This document shows positions 34,375 through 43,828 of a DNA stretch of 64,000 bases, piece after piece. The position numbers and the translations under genes were made by a program. The number at the start of each line of letters is the position of its first letter. Within the stretch, counting starts at the first letter, position 1. The stretch comes from Clostridia bacterium (lineage in GTDB: Bacteria; Bacillota; Clostridia; Christensenellales; Aristaeellaceae). The stretch covers positions 6,245 through 70,244 of the forward strand of contig JAFXVR010000029.1 of NCBI GenBank assembly GCA_017534885.1, given 5' to 3'. The notes beneath the pieces are model-generated. The model had not been told where the DNA came from. It searched no databases and saw only the letters and a list, made by a program, of their open reading frames with translations.

Positions 34375-34779
34375 TCACCGCTCCGCCCCCGGGGCCCCGC
34401 CTTCAGCCGCTTCGGCGCGGCGGCGCATCTGTTCCTGAATGGCCTGCACGGTGACCTCATGGAGGTCGTGCTCGATCTTGCAGGCGTCCTCCCGGGCGAT
34501 GTCCGCGGGCACGCCCAGCTCCTCGATAAAGGCGGTGAGGAGCTTGTGCCGCGTGTAAATGCGCTGGGCCACCTCGCTGCCGGCGGGCGTCAGGCTGATC
34601 AGGCTGTCATCGCTCATGGTGATGTAGCCGTTCTCCCGCAGGCGCTTCATCGCAAAGCTGACCGAAGGCTTGGTCACGCCCAGCTTCAGCGAAATATCCA
34701 CTGAGCGGGCATAGCCCTTCTCCTCGTGGAGCATCAGGATGGCCTCCAGATAGTCTTCTGCTGACTCGTGCAGCTGCAT
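34375..34779 (-). CDS. DtxR/MntR-family metal-dependent transcriptional repressor
   Basis: ESAEDYLEAILML...ARSVDISLKLGVTKPSVSFAMKRLRENGYI wHTH, followed by the metal-site helix HKLLTAFIEE.GV....EDACKIEH. Confidence 0.85.
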   Translation of the reverse strand: MQLHESAEDYLEAILMLHEEKGYARSVDISLKLGVTKPSVSFAMKRLRENGYITMSDDSLISLTPAGSEVAQRIYTRHKLLTAFIEELGVPADIAREDACKIEHDLHEVTVQAIQEQMRRRAEAAEGGAPGAER

Positions 34780-34857
34780 GACTGTTCACCTCCGTCTGGA
34801 TGGATTGTAGCATAGATGGAGGGGAAAAGCAATGGGAGCTAATAGCTGTTAGCGCAG

Positions 34858-36027
34858 TTAGCAAACCATCCCCAGCCCGTCCACCCCCGCCAGCAGCCCG
34901 GGCAGTTCGCCCACGACACGGCGGACGCGGAGTTCCCGCAGGTCTTCCCGGTCGATGCGCAGGACGGTGAGGAGGTAGAGGAAGCGGATGTCGCTGAGGA
35001 CGCGGATGCGGGGCAGGGCGGCTTCGGCGGCCTCCGGGCTGCCCAGGTAGCCGCTGAGGCTGTCCTCAAAGAGGCGGCGGGTGCGCTCGGAGCTCAGGCC
35101 AAAGAAGGCCATGCTGTTGCCGGGCTCCTCGGTGTCAAAGGCGATGAGATCGGTGTACAGGCCGGCGAACTCAAACACCGGGTCGCCGGCGCTGAGGGTG
35201 TCCATGTCGATGAGCAGGGGCTCGCCGTCGGACATCATGACATTCTTGGGCTGGAGGTCGCCGTGCACCGGGTGCAGGGAGGCGGGCATCTCCTTCAAAA
35301 GCGCCCGGACCCTCGCGGAAATGGCCTCCGGCAGCACGCCGCCCAGCTGGTCCAGGTAGCCCAGGTAGATGTCCCGGGCGTCGGGCAGCTCGCCGGGCGT
35401 CATCTCCACTTCGTGGGTGCGCTTCAGCAATTCCACATAAGCCCGGGTCAGCTCCTCCTGGCGCTCGGGCTCGGCGATGAGCAGATCATCGAGGCTCTGG
35501 GCTTTCACCAGCTCAAACACGGTGCCGTAGCTCTCCCCCACGCGCACCACGTCAAAGGGAATGGCGGTGGGGATGCCCCGCAGGAAGGCCTTCCGGGACA
35601 TGAGCAGCTCGTTCTCGATCATGGGCAGGCAGTCCGGGGATTTGTAAAGCTTTACGATGGTGTCCGCGTCCAGGCGGTAGACCGTGCCGATGGCGCCCTC
35701 GCCGATGACCGGGCAGCCCTCCAGGCTCAGCTCCCGCATCCGCTTTTTGACCGGGAAGAGCTGGGTGAAGCCGGTAATCTGGAGGGTCTCGTAGACCTCC
35801 GGGCTGACTTCGGTCAGCGTCAGGCTGCAGCGCCTGGAGAGGGCCATCAGCAGCCGCAGTCCGGCGCTGGAGATGTACGTCACCCCGGACAGGTTCAGCT
35901 GCAGGGGCAGGCCCGGGTGCCCGCTGAGGGCGGAGAAGAGCGCTTCTTCCAGCGCCGGCGCGGTGGTGGAGTCGATGTGACCGGCGGGACAGGCGGTCAG
36001 ACAGCTGCGGCTTTCTGAAATTTTCAT
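34858..36027 (-). CDS. STAS (anti-sigma-antagonist-like) domain fused to an APH/choline-kinase-type phosphotransferase domain
   Basis: The N-terminal ~95 aa contain LNLSGVTYISSAGLRLLMAL (compare the SpoIIAA/RsbV DSSGLG loop). The C-terminal part has HPVHGDLQPKNVMM and LLIDMDTLSAGDPVFEFA (HGD...N and IDxD motifs of the APH fold). Confidence 0.7.
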   Translation of the reverse strand: MKISESRSCLTACPAGHIDSTTAPALEEALFSALSGHPGLPLQLNLSGVTYISSAGLRLLMALSRRCSLTLTEVSPEVYETLQITGFTQLFPVKKRMRELSLEGCPVIGEGAIGTVYRLDADTIVKLYKSPDCLPMIENELLMSRKAFLRGIPTAIPFDVVRVGESYGTVFELVKAQSLDDLLIAEPERQEELTRAYVELLKRTHEVEMTPGELPDARDIYLGYLDQLGGVLPEAISARVRALLKEMPASLHPVHGDLQPKNVMMSDGEPLLIDMDTLSAGDPVFEFAGLYTDLIAFDTEEPGNSMAFFGLSSERTRRLFEDSLSGYLGSPEAAEAALPRIRVLSDIRFLYLLTVLRIDREDLRELRVRRVVGELPGLLAGVDGLGMVC

Positions 36028-36037
36028 ACGGCGTTCC

Positions 36038-39000
36038 TCACTGCCCTGCGGCTTCGCGGGCTTTCTGCAGGTCGTCGGCGGTGTTGCGGCTGACCTTGCG
36101 GGGGGCTTTGGCGGAGGGAGCGGTTCCCTCGGCGGTGTAGACCTTGGTGCTTCCCTTGAGCTTCAGGGCGAAGGCGCCGGTCTCCTTGTTGACGGTCAGG
36201 GCGCTGGGACTCAGGTCGCCCCAGCCGGACACGGCCTTGCTGTAGAGCTTGCGGCGGCTGCCGTCGGCGCTGATGGCCATCAGGTTATAGCTGCCGCCGG
36301 TGGTCTTCAGCAGCACGATCTTCGTATCGCTGCTGACGTGCAGGATGTCCCCGGTGATGACGCCGATCTTCTTGCCGCTGACGTCGTAGAGGATGTCGTC
36401 CAGCCGCAGGAACCGCCCGCCGGCCAGGAGCTCCTTGCGGGTGGAGGAGCCGATGGTGCCGAAGTCGTGCAGGAGACTGCCCTTGCTGTTCAGGATCTGC
36501 AGGGTGAAGGAGGAGGGGTAATTGGACTTGCCCAGGGCGATGGTGACGATGATGTTGCCGCTGACGCTCTCCTTGCCGCAGGTGTAATACTTGCCCTGCG
36601 CCAACATCCGGCCCTGCTCGCTCACCAGGCCCTTCTGGCGCTTTTCACTGTCCGTGGAGCAGACCGCCGCGCCGTTGTAGATCTCGTTGAGCAGGGTGAA
36701 GTTCGCGCCGGAGATGGTCTGGCCGGAGGCGGAAATCAGGCCGTAACGGTCCTTGTGGTTGACAATCTGCCAGACCCGGGCCACCCCGTTTTTGGTGAAG
36801 GGGGTGATGTAGCGCCAGGTGGGGTTGAGGATCACCTTGGCCTTGCGCAGGTCATAGATGCCCCAGGTGCGGTCGTCATAGGAGAAGGCCACCCGGCCCT
36901 CGCAGACCTTGTAGCGCTCGTCGCCCCAGAGCGACTTGTCCGAGCCGATGCGCCTGGCCGACCACTGGCGCTCGTTGCTCAGGTTGTAGATGGTGTCGCT
37001 GCTGCCCTCCCGGATGGTGTACCAGATGGTGCCGTCGGTGTCCACCATGATGTAGTTGGGATTCCGCTTGAGGGTGTAGCTTTTGCCAGTGCTTTTGATC
37101 AGGCTGACCACGCCGTTGTTCCAGCTCTGGTACCAGCCCGCCGTCAGCAGGGAGGGCTCGGCGGCCAGGGCCTTGCTGTTCAGCTTCTTGCCCTTCAGAT
37201 TGAAGATGAACCACCCGCTGCTGTCGCGGAAGGCCACGGCCTCGGTGCCCAGCAGGCGGTAGTCCGTGTATTCCGCCTTGACGATCCACCGGCCGCTGGC
37301 GTTGAGCATGCCCACCTTCTGTCCGGCCTGGGCGATGATCACGCCCTGACTCCAGAGATCGGCGGCGCGGAAATACCGGATGTCCAGAATGCTGTAGGTG
37401 CCATCCTCCCAGTCCGCCACGCCGTACTTGTCGCCGCGCTGGAAGCACACCTTGTTCTTGTAGGGCGGGGTCATCCAGTCCGCCCCGGCCTGCAGCAGGC
37501 ACCAGGCCGCGTGAGCCTCGGCGTTGCGGAAGCCCAGGCACTTCTCATACTGATCCAGGGCCTTGCCGTACTTCTTGTCGCCCTCCAGCTCAAGGCCTTT
37601 GGCGTAGGCCTTCTCCCAGGCGGAGAGGGCGGCGGCGCAGGCCTGGGCCTCGGCCAGACGGCCGGCGCTGTCCTTATAGGAAGCTTCAGCCAGGGGGGTC
37701 AGGATTTCAACCGCCTTAGCGAAGCTGTTTTCGGCCAGCAGGCTGAGGCCGGCGGCATAGGCTTCGCCGTAGGTGTTGTCCTCCCAGTCGCTCTTGGCCA
37801 TGCGCGCTCCGGCGGCGCGGGTTTTGCTGTCCGCATAGCCGATGGCCGCCAGGGCGTCAAAGCCCGCGATAGCCTCGTCAAAGCGCTCCTCGCTCAGGGC
37901 GGCCTCGGCGGCGGCGTAGCTCAGGCTGTTCTTTGTTTCCCGGACCTCAGCCGCCCGGTCGGCGCTGTCCTCATAGCCCAGCTTTGCCAGGGCGTCAAAG
38001 CCCGCGATGGCGTCGTCATAGCGCTCCGCCTCCAGGGCGATCTCGGCGGCTCTGTACTCGATGGCATGCCTGCGCCGGCGGGCCTCAGCGGCCTGATCCG
38101 CGCTGTCCGAATAGCCCTCCTCCGCTAAGGCGTCAAAGGCGAGGGCGGCCTTCTCGTGATTCCCGGCCTCCATGTCGGCCAGGGCGGCGGCGTACCTCTC
38201 CGCCAGGCGGCCCTCGACGGCTTCCTTCGCCCGGTCGGCGCTGTCGGAATAGCCCACGTCGGCCAGGATGCCGAAGGCGGCTTCCGCCTCATCCCACCTG
38301 CCCTCGCCCAGCAGCGCCTCTGCGGCGGCGTAGCGGTAGGCATAAACGGCGTTCTGCGCTTCCTTCGCCCGGTCCGCGCTGTCCCGGTAGCCCTCTGCGG
38401 CCAAGGCTTCAAAGGCGGTCTGGGCCTCGGTGTACCTGCCCTCGGCCAGCAGGGCTTCCGCCGCTTCGTACCGGGCGGCGCTCTGTCCGTCCTTCGCCTG
38501 AATCAGCAGAGCCTTGCTGTCCTCGAAGCCCTTCTTCGCCAGCGGTTCCAGCCGCTTGATGGCCGCGTCCCAGCGCCCGGCCCTGATGTCCGCCTGGGCA
38601 TCGCGGTAGCTGACGGCATCCACCTGACCCCGGGCTTCCTCGGCCTTGTCGGCGCTGTCCCGCCAGTCCACCTTGGCCAGCTCGGCAAAGAGCTCGGCAG
38701 CCCTGGAGGGATCGCTGTCCATCAGCCCCACGGCCTGATCGTAGACGGGATCGTGGATGCGGGCGGCCTCGCTGTAGGGCAGGCGCAGGCGGCCATAGGC
38801 GCTCTCCAGCTTCAGCACGCTCAGAATCGCGCTGGACTTGATGGACCCGGCCTGCAGGATCCAGCTGATGTCGTCCGTCGCGCCCTGGTAATAGGTCTTC
38901 CGGACGGAATCGGTGGCCGTGCCGTTGCTGGACAGGGTGACCCAGAAGCTGGCCTCGCCGCAGGTGGCGCGGAAGCTGGCGCTGATGATCTCGCAGGTGG

Positions 39001-39583
39001 AGATGGGCCGGCAGGTCAGGGTGTAGGTGATGGTCATGGTGGATGGGAAATTCTGGGGATAGGTGATATTGCAGTCGATGTCGAAATACTGGTAGAAATT
39101 GCTCTCGGTCAGCAGCACATAGCCGTACTGGGGCGCGGCGGTGGCCACAGGCGCGGCGGTGATGACCACAGGCGCGGGGGTCTCCCGGCCCGGGCGGGTC
39201 AGGCGGTAGGTGCCGTCCTCAACACTCAGCGCCACGCCGGCGGCCCGGCAGAAGGCGGCCAGGGGCACATAGACCTCCCCGTTCACCAGGGCGGGCGGCA
39301 GGTAGGCGTTGTCCTCGCCGAAAAAGGCCGTGCGCACGCCGTCCACGGTCACCGCCAGGGTCTCCGGGTCCGCCTGCACGTCCAGGCCGAGGCTCTCCGC
39401 CAGCGAGAGCACGGGCACATAGAGAATGCCGTCCACCTCCGCCGGGGGCAGGTAAGCGTTGTCCGATGAGAAAAAGGCCGCGCGCACGCCGTCGATCGTG
39501 ATGACCGCCTGCGCGCCCTCGCCCGAGGCAAAACCCGCCAGCAGCATCAGCGTCAGACACAGAGCCAATAAGCGTTTCAGCAT
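36038..39583 (-). CDS. 1181-aa secreted surface protein: two copper-amine-oxidase-N-like domains, eight 46-aa helical repeats and WG (KWG)-type beta-repeats
   Basis: Start trimmed to MLKRLLALCLTLMLLAGFASG (GGGAGGG RBS). It contains VITIDGVRAAFF..DNAYLPPA.V.G..YVP twice, then tandem units Y.DSADRA.EA......Y..AEA.L.E.R.DEA...F.ALA..G eight times. WG-repeat signatures include DKYGVADW, KVGMLNASGRWIV, RTWGIYDL and DRYGLISASGQ. Confidence 0.75.
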   Translation of the reverse strand: MLKRLLALCLTLMLLAGFASGEGAQAVITIDGVRAAFFSSDNAYLPPAEVDGILYVPVLSLAESLGLDVQADPETLAVTVDGVRTAFFGEDNAYLPPALVNGEVYVPLAAFCRAAGVALSVEDGTYRLTRPGRETPAPVVITAAPVATAAPQYGYVLLTESNFYQYFDIDCNITYPQNFPSTMTITYTLTCRPISTCEIISASFRATCGEASFWVTLSSNGTATDSVRKTYYQGATDDISWILQAGSIKSSAILSVLKLESAYGRLRLPYSEAARIHDPVYDQAVGLMDSDPSRAAELFAELAKVDWRDSADKAEEARGQVDAVSYRDAQADIRAGRWDAAIKRLEPLAKKGFEDSKALLIQAKDGQSAARYEAAEALLAEGRYTEAQTAFEALAAEGYRDSADRAKEAQNAVYAYRYAAAEALLGEGRWDEAEAAFGILADVGYSDSADRAKEAVEGRLAERYAAALADMEAGNHEKAALAFDALAEEGYSDSADQAAEARRRRHAIEYRAAEIALEAERYDDAIAGFDALAKLGYEDSADRAAEVRETKNSLSYAAAEAALSEERFDEAIAGFDALAAIGYADSKTRAAGARMAKSDWEDNTYGEAYAAGLSLLAENSFAKAVEILTPLAEASYKDSAGRLAEAQACAAALSAWEKAYAKGLELEGDKKYGKALDQYEKCLGFRNAEAHAAWCLLQAGADWMTPPYKNKVCFQRGDKYGVADWEDGTYSILDIRYFRAADLWSQGVIIAQAGQKVGMLNASGRWIVKAEYTDYRLLGTEAVAFRDSSGWFIFNLKGKKLNSKALAAEPSLLTAGWYQSWNNGVVSLIKSTGKSYTLKRNPNYIMVDTDGTIWYTIREGSSDTIYNLSNERQWSARRIGSDKSLWGDERYKVCEGRVAFSYDDRTWGIYDLRKAKVILNPTWRYITPFTKNGVARVWQIVNHKDRYGLISASGQTISGANFTLLNEIYNGAAVCSTDSEKRQKGLVSEQGRMLAQGKYYTCGKESVSGNIIVTIALGKSNYPSSFTLQILNSKGSLLHDFGTIGSSTRKELLAGGRFLRLDDILYDVSGKKIGVITGDILHVSSDTKIVLLKTTGGSYNLMAISADGSRRKLYSKAVSGWGDLSPSALTVNKETGAFALKLKGSTKVYTAEGTAPSAKAPRKVSRNTADDLQKAREAAGQ

Positions 39584-39690
39584 GGGAATCCCTCCCGTCC
39601 GATCTGTTTTCGTCAAAGGAATGATACCATACGCGGCCGGGAAAATCAATGGTTGCCAGAGGCGGGGAAGTCTGGTATGATGGGAGCGAT

Positions 39691-39866
39691 CATGGCGAAG
39701 CCATTTCATGGAGCGAAGCGAGATTTCATGGCGAAGCCGTTTCATGCGCGAGGCGCTTTTCATTCTGTCGCGGGGAAGACGGAATGAAATGCCTGACGGC
39801 ATGAAATGCGCCTGGCGGCGCATGAATTGCCCTGCGGCACGTGAAATGCCCTGTGGGGCATAAGGA
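39691..39866. repeat. family F element (copy F1): long imperfect palindrome built from iterated TTTCATG / CATGAAA words
   Basis: The left half has CCATTTCATG, AGATTTCATG, CCGTTTCATG and GCTTTTCATT. The right half has ATGAAATGC at 39784 and 39801, ATGAATTGC at 39822 and GTGAAATGC at 39841. It lies in the divergent promoter region between 39583 and 39877. Confidence 0.8.
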
Positions 39867-39876
39867 AGGCGCAGAG

Positions 39877-40695
39877 ATGAAGAAATACGCAATACCCGTC
39901 GTGATGCTGATGGTGTTTGAGACCGTGGCGGTTGCGCTGTGGCTGACGAAGGACAACCTGTTCTATCTGTTCAACTTCAGCTATATCGGCCTGTCCATTT
40001 CACTGGGGGTCTTCCTGTTCATCCGGAAATACAGGCACGCCAGGCGCATTGTTCAGCTGCTTGTCGGATTATACATGCTGGTCTATCTCGGACTGATCCG
40101 CAGCGAAAACATGCAGATCGAGGGATTCTGGTACTATCTGTTCACAGGGGCTTTTGAAGCCGCTACGATCCATTATGCCGTCGCCAAAATCTTTGGTCCG
40201 CTGCTCTTTGGCAGGGGCTGGTGCGGGTATGCCTGCTGGACAGCCATGGTGCTGGATTTTCTGCCGTATAAAGTGCCGGAGCAGCCGCGAAAGAAACTGG
40301 GCTGGATCAGATACATCACCTTTGCTGCTTCGCTCGTTTTTGTGGCCGCGTTATTCCTGGCCCATGCAGGGAACCTTGAGAGGATCATGTTCTGGGCGTT
40401 TCTCATCGGCAACGCGCTGTATTATGCGGCAGGGATCATCCTTGCATTTGCCTTCCATGACAACCGGGCGTTCTGCAAATACATCTGTCCGATTACGGTG
40501 TTCCTGAAGCCAATGAGCTATTTTTCCCTGCTTCGCGTGAAATGCGACAGGGAGAAGTGCGTCTCCTGCGGGAAATGCAGGCGCGTCTGCCCAATGAATG
40601 TGGATGTGACAGACAATTCGAGAAAGCGTGAAAACGGAACCGAATGCATCTTATGCATGGAGTGTGTAAGGAACTGTCCTAAAAGCGCTTTGTGA
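39877..40695 (+). CDS. polytopic membrane 4Fe-4S ferredoxin-type protein (NapH/MauN-like)
   Basis: Start trimmed to MKKYAIPVVMLMVF. It has several TM helices and the WCGYACW motif. The C-terminal motifs CVSCGKCRRVCP and CILCMECVRNCP indicate two [4Fe-4S] sites. Confidence 0.7.
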   Translation: MKKYAIPVVMLMVFETVAVALWLTKDNLFYLFNFSYIGLSISLGVFLFIRKYRHARRIVQLLVGLYMLVYLGLIRSENMQIEGFWYYLFTGAFEAATIHYAVAKIFGPLLFGRGWCGYACWTAMVLDFLPYKVPEQPRKKLGWIRYITFAASLVFVAALFLAHAGNLERIMFWAFLIGNALYYAAGIILAFAFHDNRAFCKYICPITVFLKPMSYFSLLRVKCDREKCVSCGKCRRVCPMNVDVTDNSRKRENGTECILCMECVRNCPKSAL

Positions 40696-40780
40696 TGATC
40701 TCCAATTCCCCGGCCTGCCGCCCGATCCCCCAAACGCTCCGGGCCGGCGGATCTGTCCCTGCCGCCGTCCTTTCCCCTGT

Positions 40781-40809
40781 TTGACACAGCCCCCAATCGG
40801 TGCTATCAT
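40781..40809 (+). promoter_or_regulatory. candidate sigma-A promoter upstream of 40858..43770
   Basis: TTGACA (40781-40786), a 17-nt spacer, then TATCAT (40804-40809). It is ~50 nt upstream of the ATG. Confidence 0.5.
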
Positions 40810-40857
40810 GCCGTTGAATACCGTTCCTTCCCCCGACCCGAGAAAGGACGAATCTGT

Positions 40858-43770
40858 ATGAAGCGTCTGTTTTGCCTGCTGATGGCGCTCTCTCTGCTGA
40901 CCTTCACCGTTTCCGCCGAGGCGCCCCTGAGCCTGGACAGCCTGATGCTGGAAATCGAGGAGGAGGTGAAGGAGCTGTCCGTGGACGCGGTGTCCTTCGA
41001 GATCAGCGAGGACGGCCAGTCCATCTTCATCGATCGGCCCGAAGTCACCGGGGCGGAGGAGTACACCATCGCCTACAATATCTATGACGCGGACTCCAAC
41101 CCCGTCAACTATTTCTATTCCTTAGAGGAGCGCGTGGCCGCCACCCCGGGCTACGGCGGTCTCTTCAACGTGTTCGTGGTGGTCACGGACACCGCCACCG
41201 GGGAGCAGGACATCCAGAACATCGGCTGGCAGACCCTCTTATGGCCGCTGGCCGACAGCCTGGAGGTGGGCCGGGCCACCTATGAGGTCAGCCCGGACCG
41301 GCAGTCCGTGTTTGTGGACAGGCCGGCCATCGCCTGCGCCTCGGGCTCGGTGACCATCGCCTACAATATTTATGACGCCAACTCCAATCCGGTCAACTAC
41401 TTCTACTCCACCCAGAAGCGGGTGGCGGCCACGCCCGGGTATGACGGGCGGTTCAATGTGTTCATCGTGGTGACGGACACGGGCACCGGCGAGCAGGACG
41501 TGCAGGACATCGGGTGGATCGATCTGGGCGGGGAGGCCCAGCCCACGCCCACGGCCACGCCCACGCCCACCCCGACACCTACGCCTACCCCCACCCCGAC
41601 GCCCACGCCCACGGCCACGCCCACGCCTACGCCGACACCAACCCCGACACCCACGCCCCAGACCTGGCCGGCGGTGGTGAACGGCATCCGCTACGAGCTG
41701 GTGAACGGCCGGGTCACGGTGACAGGCTTTAACGGGGGCGTGACCGGGCTGCAGTTTGAAGACGAGATCTACGGCCGGCCGGTGGAGGTCATCGGCGACA
41801 AGGCCTTTGAGGGCAGATCAGTCCTCAGCGGCTCTGTGGTCCTACCCTCCGGGCTCAGGGAGATCGGCGTCGGGGCGTTCTGCAACTGCACAGGCCTGAC
41901 CGGCGGCCTCATCATCCCCGACGGGGTGGTTTCCATCGACGACAGCGCCTTCGAGGGGTGCAGGGGCCTGACCTCCCTGCGCCTCGGCGCGGGCCTGAAA
42001 ACCATCGGCGCCAAGGCCTTCTATGCGCACTTGAACAGCAGAACCAACGAAAGGGAAACGAGCCTGACCGGCGGCCTCATCATCCCCGACGGGGTGGTTT
42101 CCATCGGCAACAGCGCCTTTGAGGGGTGCAAGGGCCTGACCGGCGGCCTCATCATCCCCGACAGCGTGGAGACCATCGGCAACAGAGCCTTTGAGGGGTG
42201 CAGGGGCCTGACCTCCCTGCGCCTGGGCGCGGGCCTGAAAACTATTGGCTATAACGCCTTCTACTACACCGGCCTGACCGGCACCCTGGATATCCCCGGC
42301 AGCGTGGAGACCATCGGCATCTGGGCCTTCGGCAGCTGCACCGGTCTGACCGGCGTCAGCTTCAGCGAGGGCCTGAGGGAGATCGGCGCCGGAGCCTTTG
42401 GCTGGTGCAAGCAGCTGTCCGGTCACCTCACCTTCCCCTCCACCCTGGAGACGATCGGCAACATGGCTTTCCAGTATTGTACAGGCATCACGGAGGTGAC
42501 GCTGAACGAGGGCCTGCAGACGGTCGGCGACAGTGCTTTTGATCACTGCGAAAAGCTGAGCGGAACGCTGAAGACGCCGGGCAGCCTGCAGTCCATCGGC
42601 GCCAATGCTTTCAGCTACACCGGCCTGACCGGCGTCAGCTTCAGCGAGGGTCTGAAGGAGGTCGACGGCTTCAGCAACTGCGAAAACCTGTCCGGTCTTA
42701 TCACCTTCCCCTCCACTGTAGAGAGCGTCAAAGACAACGCTTTCTCCGGATGCGCCGGCATCACGTGGGTGACGCTGAACGAGGGCCTGAAGGCCATCGG
42801 CGACAGCGCGTTTCAGGCCTGCACGGGCCTGACCGGAGTCAGCTTCAACGGCACCCTGCGGAAGATCGGCGCCTCCGCGTTTGCCGACTGCACAGGGCTG
42901 AGCGGCAGCCTGAACCTGCCCGGCAGCCTGAAGGAGCTGGGCGGGAAAGCGTTCAGGAACTGCGCGGGCCTGACCGGCGGCCTGAAGCTGCCCGGCAGCC
43001 TGAAAAAGCTCGGCGCGTACGCCTTTGAGAACTGCGCGGGCCTGACCGGCGGCCTGAAGCTGCCCGGCAGCCTGACAGAGCTGGGCGAGTACGCCTTCAG
43101 CGGCTGTACCGGCTTTAACGGCGCCCTGACCCTTTCCTCCGGCATGGAAAATGTTCCCAAATACGCCTTCGCGGGCTGCGGCTTTACCGCGCTGAAGCTG
43201 AACGAGGGCCTGCAGACCATCGGAGAAGGCGCCTTCTCCGGCTGCGCCGATATGGCCGGCGCGCTGACCCTGCCCTCCACCCTGACCGACATCGGGAAAA
43301 CGGCCTTCAAGGACTGCTCGGGCTTCACCGGCACCCTGACCATCCCCGAGGGCATGACCCGGGTGAACCCGAGCGTCTTTGAGAACGCCAGCGGCCTGAC
43401 CGCCCTGAGCCTGCCGGACACGCTGACCGCCGTCGACGCCAGCGCCTTCCGGAACTGCACGGGTCTGACCGGCGAGCTGCGCCTCCCGTACTCGGTGAGC
43501 TGGATCAACAACGAGGCCTTCTCCCACTGCACGGGCCTGACCGGCGAGCTCTACCTCCCGGACTCGGTGAAATGGGTCAACGACGAGGCCTTCTCCCACT
43601 GCTCCGGCTTCACCTCCATGCGCCTCAGCCGGAACACGCAGTCCATCGGCAGCTATGCCTTCGCTTACTGCACCGGCATGACCGGCACCGTGACCATCCC
43701 CTACAGCTGTACCGTCAACCCCAACGCTTTCGACGAAACCCCCGTCACCCTCGTGCGAAACCCGATCTGA
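40858..43770 (+). CDS. 970-aa secreted surface protein: two ~85-aa modules, a TP linker and a long BspA-type LRR array
   Basis: Signal peptide [20 protein letters not shown] and acidic helix [17 protein letters not shown]. It has 2 modules, a (TP)n linker and then more than 25 LRR_5-like units (..[19 protein letters not shown]..). Confidence 0.8.
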   Translation: MKRLFCLLMALSLLTFTVSAEAPLSLDSLMLEIEEEVKELSVDAVSFEISEDGQSIFIDRPEVTGAEEYTIAYNIYDADSNPVNYFYSLEERVAATPGYGGLFNVFVVVTDTATGEQDIQNIGWQTLLWPLADSLEVGRATYEVSPDRQSVFVDRPAIACASGSVTIAYNIYDANSNPVNYFYSTQKRVAATPGYDGRFNVFIVVTDTGTGEQDVQDIGWIDLGGEAQPTPTATPTPTPTPTPTPTPTPTPTATPTPTPTPTPTPTPQTWPAVVNGIRYELVNGRVTVTGFNGGVTGLQFEDEIYGRPVEVIGDKAFEGRSVLSGSVVLPSGLREIGVGAFCNCTGLTGGLIIPDGVVSIDDSAFEGCRGLTSLRLGAGLKTIGAKAFYAHLNSRTNERETSLTGGLIIPDGVVSIGNSAFEGCKGLTGGLIIPDSVETIGNRAFEGCRGLTSLRLGAGLKTIGYNAFYYTGLTGTLDIPGSVETIGIWAFGSCTGLTGVSFSEGLREIGAGAFGWCKQLSGHLTFPSTLETIGNMAFQYCTGITEVTLNEGLQTVGDSAFDHCEKLSGTLKTPGSLQSIGANAFSYTGLTGVSFSEGLKEVDGFSNCENLSGLITFPSTVESVKDNAFSGCAGITWVTLNEGLKAIGDSAFQACTGLTGVSFNGTLRKIGASAFADCTGLSGSLNLPGSLKELGGKAFRNCAGLTGGLKLPGSLKKLGAYAFENCAGLTGGLKLPGSLTELGEYAFSGCTGFNGALTLSSGMENVPKYAFAGCGFTALKLNEGLQTIGEGAFSGCADMAGALTLPSTLTDIGKTAFKDCSGFTGTLTIPEGMTRVNPSVFENASGLTALSLPDTLTAVDASAFRNCTGLTGELRLPYSVSWINNEAFSHCTGLTGELYLPDSVKWVNDEAFSHCSGFTSMRLSRNTQSIGSYAFAYCTGMTGTVTIPYSCTVNPNAFDETPVTLVRNPI

Positions 43771-43828
43771 CATCCGGCTGCGCAGGCACGAAACCCCGCA
43801 CCGCCAACCCGCGAAAGGATGACAGCGT

